Positions 60,367-64,000 of a stretch of 64,000 nucleotides of DNA are shown piece after piece (the stretch's first letter is position 1; the number at the start of each line of letters is the position of its first letter). Location of the stretch: positions 61,835 to 125,834 of the forward strand of contig JBCNOF010000013.1 in assembly GCA_039594005.1 (NCBI GenBank), in the 5' to 3' direction. This stretch comes from Roseateles sp. (lineage in GTDB: Bacteria; Pseudomonadota; Gammaproteobacteria; Burkholderiales; Burkholderiaceae_C). A program made the position numbers and the translations under genes. The notes under the pieces are model-generated. The model was not told the DNA's origin and made no database searches. It was given only the letters and a program-made list of their open reading frames with translations.

Positions 60367-60992
60367 CCACGATCGCGTTCAAGCACCTGGTCGCCGCCGC
60401 GGCGCATTTCCACCGGCTGGTGCGCGCGCAGCTGGTGGTGGACGACGGCGTGGCCCACGCGCAAACCCAGATCCTTGGCGCGGCCCGACTCGCCGGCCTG
60501 CTGATGTTCCGCGGGCTGCGCGTGGACTGCGTGGGCCTCGCGCCCGGAATGCGCGTGCCGTCCGAGGAAGGCCGTGTCCAGGGGGAGCGCCTGCTCGAGA
60601 CGCTCCTCCTCACGCTGCGACAACTCGGCCATCCGACACCACGCCACAGCCTGGATCCACACTGCGCGAGCGCGGCGCTCGCGCGGCTGGCCTTCGCCGA
60701 GATCCACGAGCGGCTGACGCCCGCGGCGCTGGTCTACCTGGCGCAGTCGCCGATGGGCATGACCGACGCTGCGATGGCGGCGGCCGTCGCGACCGCCGGC
60801 CTGATCCACGACCACGCGCCGGCCATGCCGCCGCATCAGGCGGCGGCGCTCGCGGCGCTGGGATTCGAGGAGGGACTGAGCACCGTCCCCTGGCCGCTCT
60901 CCGCCGCGCACGCCGAGGCGCTGTGCGCGCAGGGCTCGTCGCGCGGCTCTGGCGCGGCCTGGGAACCCGCCTACATCAGGACGATGTCGTAA
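60363..60992 (+). CDS. Hypothetical protein
   Basis: 209 aa; ATGA overlap with the Bug-like gene; 3' end overlaps the rng stop by 22 nt. Confidence 0.65.
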   Translation: MTTIAFKHLVAAAAHFHRLVRAQLVVDDGVAHAQTQILGAARLAGLLMFRGLRVDCVGLAPGMRVPSEEGRVQGERLLETLLLTLRQLGHPTPRHSLDPHCASAALARLAFAEIHERLTPAALVYLAQSPMGMTDAAMAAAVATAGLIHDHAPAMPPHQAAALAALGFEEGLSTVPWPLSAAHAEALCAQGSSRGSGAAWEPAYIRTMS

Positions 60993-62456
60993 TGCTCGGT
61001 CTGGTTGGTCGGCTCGGCGGTCAGCGAGATCGGCTTGCCGATGAAGTCCGACAGGCCGGCCAGGTGCTGGCTTTCCTCGTCCAGCAGCATCTCCACGACG
61101 TTGGCCGCCGCGACGACGCGGAACTCCTTGGGGTTGAACTGTCGTGACTCGCGCAGGATCTCGCGCAGGATCTCGTAGCAGATGCTGCGCGCGGTCTTGA
61201 CCTGGCCCTCGCGCCTCGCAGGTCGGGCACGGCTCGCAGAGCATGCGGGCCAGCGACTCGCGCGTGCGCTTGCGCGTCAGCTCCACCAGCCCCAGCTGCG
61301 TGAAGCCCCCGATCGTGACCTTGGTCCGATCGCGGTTGAGCTGCTTGCGGAACTCCTGCAGCACCGCGGTCTTGTGTTCCTCGCGGGTCATGTCGATGAA
61401 GTCGATGATGATGATCCCGCCCAGGTTGCGCAGGCGCAGCTGGCGCGCGATGGCGGTGGCCGCCTCCAGGTTGGTCTTGAAGATCGTGTCGTCGAAGTTG
61501 CGCGCGCCGACGAAACCGCCGGTGTTCACGTCGATCGTCGTCATCGCCTCGGTCTGGTCGATGATCAGGTAGCCGCCGGACTTCAGGTCCACGCGCCGCG
61601 CCAGCGCGCGGGCGATCTCGGCGTCGATGTTGTGCAGGTCGAAGATCGGCCGCTCGCCGCGGTACAGCTCGAGCTTGGCGGTCGCGGCCGGCATGTAGGT
61701 TTCGCCGAACTGGCGCACCACGTCGTACTGCAGCGCGGCGTCGATGCGGATCGAATTGGTCCGTTCGCTCGCGAGGTCGCGCAGCACGCGCTCGACCAGG
61801 CTCAGGTCCTGGAACAGCAGGCTGCCCGGCGGCATCCGCAGGGACTTCTCGCGGATCGAGGCCCAGGTCTTGCGCAGGTAGGCGATGTCGGCGCCGAGTT
61901 CCTCGTCGCTGGCCTCCTCGGCGTTGGTGCGCAGGATGAAGCCGCCGGTGTTGTTGTCCGGCGCGCCGACCGCCACCAGCGACTGCATGCGCGCGCGCAG
62001 CGCGTCGCGGGCCTCGGGCGAGCCGATCTTCTGCGAGATGCCGATGTGGTTGTCCTGCGGCAGGTGCACCAGCAACCGGCCCGCGATCGAGATCTGCGTC
62101 GACAAGCGCGCGCCCTTGGTCCCGATCGGGTCCTTGATGACCTGCACGGTCAGCGACTGCCCCTCGTAGACCTGGCGCTCGATGGGGATCGGCTGGCTGT
62201 TCTCCCCATGATGACCGCGCGGATTGACGCCGTGCAGGTGCAGGTCGGCCACGTGCAGGAACGCCGCGCGCTCCAGGCCGATGTCGATGAAGGCGGACTG
62301 CATGCCGGGCAGCACCCGCGCCACCTTGCCGAGATAGACGTTGCCGACGAGGCCGCGTTCCAGCGTGCGCTCGATGTGCAGTTCCTGCACGGCGCCGTTC
62401 TCGACCACGGCCACCCGCGTTTCCTGCGGGGTCCAGTTGATCAGGATGTCTTCCAT
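60971..62456 (-). pseudogene. rng: Ribonuclease G with +1 frameshift near 61207-61213 (pseudogene or sequencing error)
   Basis: MEDILINW...S1 domain, DVNTG, GGIIIIDFIDM, CPTC. C-terminus GQVKTARSICYEILREI...YDIVLM* continues in another frame. Span is 1486 nt = 3n+1. Confidence 0.85.
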
Positions 62457-62577
62457 GTTCTTTTGCTCCAGCGCTCTCGTCAGCCTCGGGGCTGGCGGCA
62501 ACGCTCGAGTCGCCTTTCGAGTCGGACCGGATCGAATTGCAGGGGACCGCTCCTGACCGGACCGGCATCGCATGCAA

Positions 62578-63192
62578 TCAGACGGCGAATCCCGCCTCGC
62601 GCAACAACTGGGCCGTCTCGAACAACGGCAAGCCCATGATGCCCGAATAACTGCCGGCGATGTGCGCGATCCAGGCGGCGGCCTGACTTTGTATCGCATA
62701 GGCGCCGGCCTTGCCCATGGGTTCACCCGAGGCCACGTAGGCGCGCAGGCGCTCGGCGCCGATCTCGGCGAAGCGCACCTGCGACACGTTCACCGCGCTC
62801 AGCACGCGGCCGTCGGGCAGCCCCAGCGCCACGGCGGTCAGCACGCGATGCTCGCGTGCCGACAGGCTGGCGAGCATCGCCTCGGCATGCGCCGCGTCAT
62901 CCGGCTTGCCGAGGATGCGATCGCCGAGAGCGACCGTCGTGTCCGAGCACAACACCGGCGCCTCGGGCAGTCCGCGTCGAACGCGTCGCGCCAGCGCCGC
63001 CGACAGCTTCGCGCCGGTGACACGGGCGACGTAGTCGTCGGGCGATTCGCCGTCGATGAGCGCCTCGAGCGACTCGGCGTCCTCCTCGGCATCGGGCAGC
63101 AGCAGTTCGTGGCGGATGCCGATCTGCTCGAGCAGCTGACGACGACGCGGACTCTGGGAGGCGAGATAGATGAAATCAGGCAGGGCGCTCAT
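62578..63192 (-). CDS. maf: Maf nucleoside triphosphate pyrophosphatase (YhdE type)
   Basis: LASQSPRRRQLL, SDTTV, GEPMGKAGAYAIQ, GLPL. Confidence 0.95.
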   Translation of the reverse strand: MSALPDFIYLASQSPRRRQLLEQIGIRHELLLPDAEEDAESLEALIDGESPDDYVARVTGAKLSAALARRVRRGLPEAPVLCSDTTVALGDRILGKPDDAAHAEAMLASLSAREHRVLTAVALGLPDGRVLSAVNVSQVRFAEIGAERLRAYVASGEPMGKAGAYAIQSQAAAWIAHIAGSYSGIMGLPLFETAQLLREAGFAV

Positions 63193-63195
63193 GGC

Positions 63196-63666
63196 TCACT
63201 CGCGGTGGTACGGATGGCCTTCCATGACGGACCACGCGCGATACAGCCCTTCGGCCAGCAGCACGCGCACGAACGCATGCGGCAGCGTCAGGTCGGACAG
63301 CCGCAGCTTCTCGTCGGCGCGGGACTTGATGCTCTCGTCCAGGCCGTCGGGTCCGCCGATGAAGATCGCCACGTCGCGGCCATCGCCGCGCCAGGCTTCC
63401 AGCCGCGCCGCGAGTTGCTTGGAGGTCACCCGCTCGCCGCGCTCGTCCAGCACCACGCGCCGCGCGCCCTTGGGGCAGGCGGCGTCCAGGCGCTGGGCCT
63501 CGGCGGCCATCAGTTGCTCGGTGGACTTGCCGGTGGTGCGCGGCTCGGCCTTCACCGCCTTGAGCTCCAGCCGCATCTCGGGCGGGAAGCGCTTGGCGAA
63601 ATCCTCATAGGCCTCATCGGCCCAGGCCGGCATTTTCTGGCCGACCGCGCACAACACCAGCCGCAC
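63196..63666 (-). CDS. rlmH: 23S rRNA m3Psi1915 methyltransferase
   Basis: [24 protein letters not shown]. Confidence 0.97.
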   Translation of the reverse strand: MRLVLCAVGQKMPAWADEAYEDFAKRFPPEMRLELKAVKAEPRTTGKSTEQLMAAEAQRLDAACPKGARRVVLDERGERVTSKQLAARLEAWRGDGRDVAIFIGGPDGLDESIKSRADEKLRLSDLTLPHAFVRVLLAEGLYRAWSVMEGHPYHRE

Positions 63667-63670
63667 GGGG

Positions 63671-64000
63671 TCAGGCCTTGGCCTTGGACTTGGTGCCGGT
63701 CTTCACCGTGGTCTTCTTGGCCGCGGGCTTGGCGGCGGCCTTCTTGACGGCAGGCTTGGCAGACTTGGTCGCAGGCTTGGCCGCGGCCGCCACCTTCGGC
63801 GACACCTTCTTCACCGCCGGCTTCTTGGTGCCGACCTTCACCGTCTCGACGACTTCCTTCTTGGCCGCCGGCTTGCGAGCGGTCTTGGCGGCCGGCTTGG
63901 CCGCGGCGGTCGTCTTCCTGGCAGGGGCCTTGGCCGCGGCGGTCTTCGTCGTCTTGGTCGCAGCGGTCTTGGTGGCAGCGGTCTTGGTCGCGGCGGTCTT
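63671..64000 (-). CDS. Partial CDS (3' end): Lys/Ala/Thr-rich histone-H1-like tail, probably ribosome silencing factor RsfS
   Basis: Own translation: [29 protein letters not shown]...[19 protein letters not shown]. Position upstream of rlmH-maf-rng is where rsfS usually lies; the RsfS domain itself is outside the window. Confidence 0.65.
   Translation of the reverse strand, partial: KTAATKTAATKTAATKTTKTAAAKAPARKTTAAAKPAAKTARKPAAKKEVVETVKVGTKKPAVKKVSPKVAAAAKPATKSAKPAVKKAAAKPAAKKTTVKTGTKSKAKA

Noticed and set aside
60132-62726. 864-aa ORF read as an extended RNase G/E
   Set aside because: Explained by the +1 frameshift; the true rng C-terminus ends at 60971 in another frame.
63900-64000. 15-bp periodic repeats as a possible CRISPR array
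   Set aside because: They are in-frame coding repeats (KTAAT) with no unique spacers and no cas genes.

Overview
High-GC (~70%) betaproteobacterial chromosome segment; gene content and order suggest Burkholderiales, though the genus cannot be fixed from the sequence alone. Left to right: mfd; an atypical Cys-rich-protein/PIN (VapC-like) gene pair; serB; a GAF-GGDEF-EAL protein; an orphan Ser/Pro-rich secreted-effector-like ORF; RraA, S4, TPP-enzyme, MFS and AraC genes; nadA-comFB-nadB; unknown exported proteins; an ALDH/LysR pair; a phenylacetate catabolic cluster (paaGIKABCDE-tetR-SBP-paaZ, divergent paaY) with a perfect palindromic operator; pfkB; a RelE/HigB-HTH toxin-antitoxin pair; moaA-mobA. 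A long minus-strand selenium/formate dehydrogenase block follows: apbC, fdnG with in-frame UGA-Sec and SECIS, fdnH, fdnI, fdhE, selA, selB, tRNA-Sec, a PhnCDE-like putative selenate ABC transporter with a fused double permease, and a YdjA-like nitroreductase. Then three tRNA-Lys genes, tcdA-cpoB-pal-tolB, a degenerate Bug gene plus a hypothetical, a frameshifted rng, maf, rlmH and the 3' end of a gene with a histone-H1-like Lys/Ala tail (probably rsfS). No integrase, transposase, prophage or CRISPR array was seen. All homology calls come from motif recognition, not database searches.
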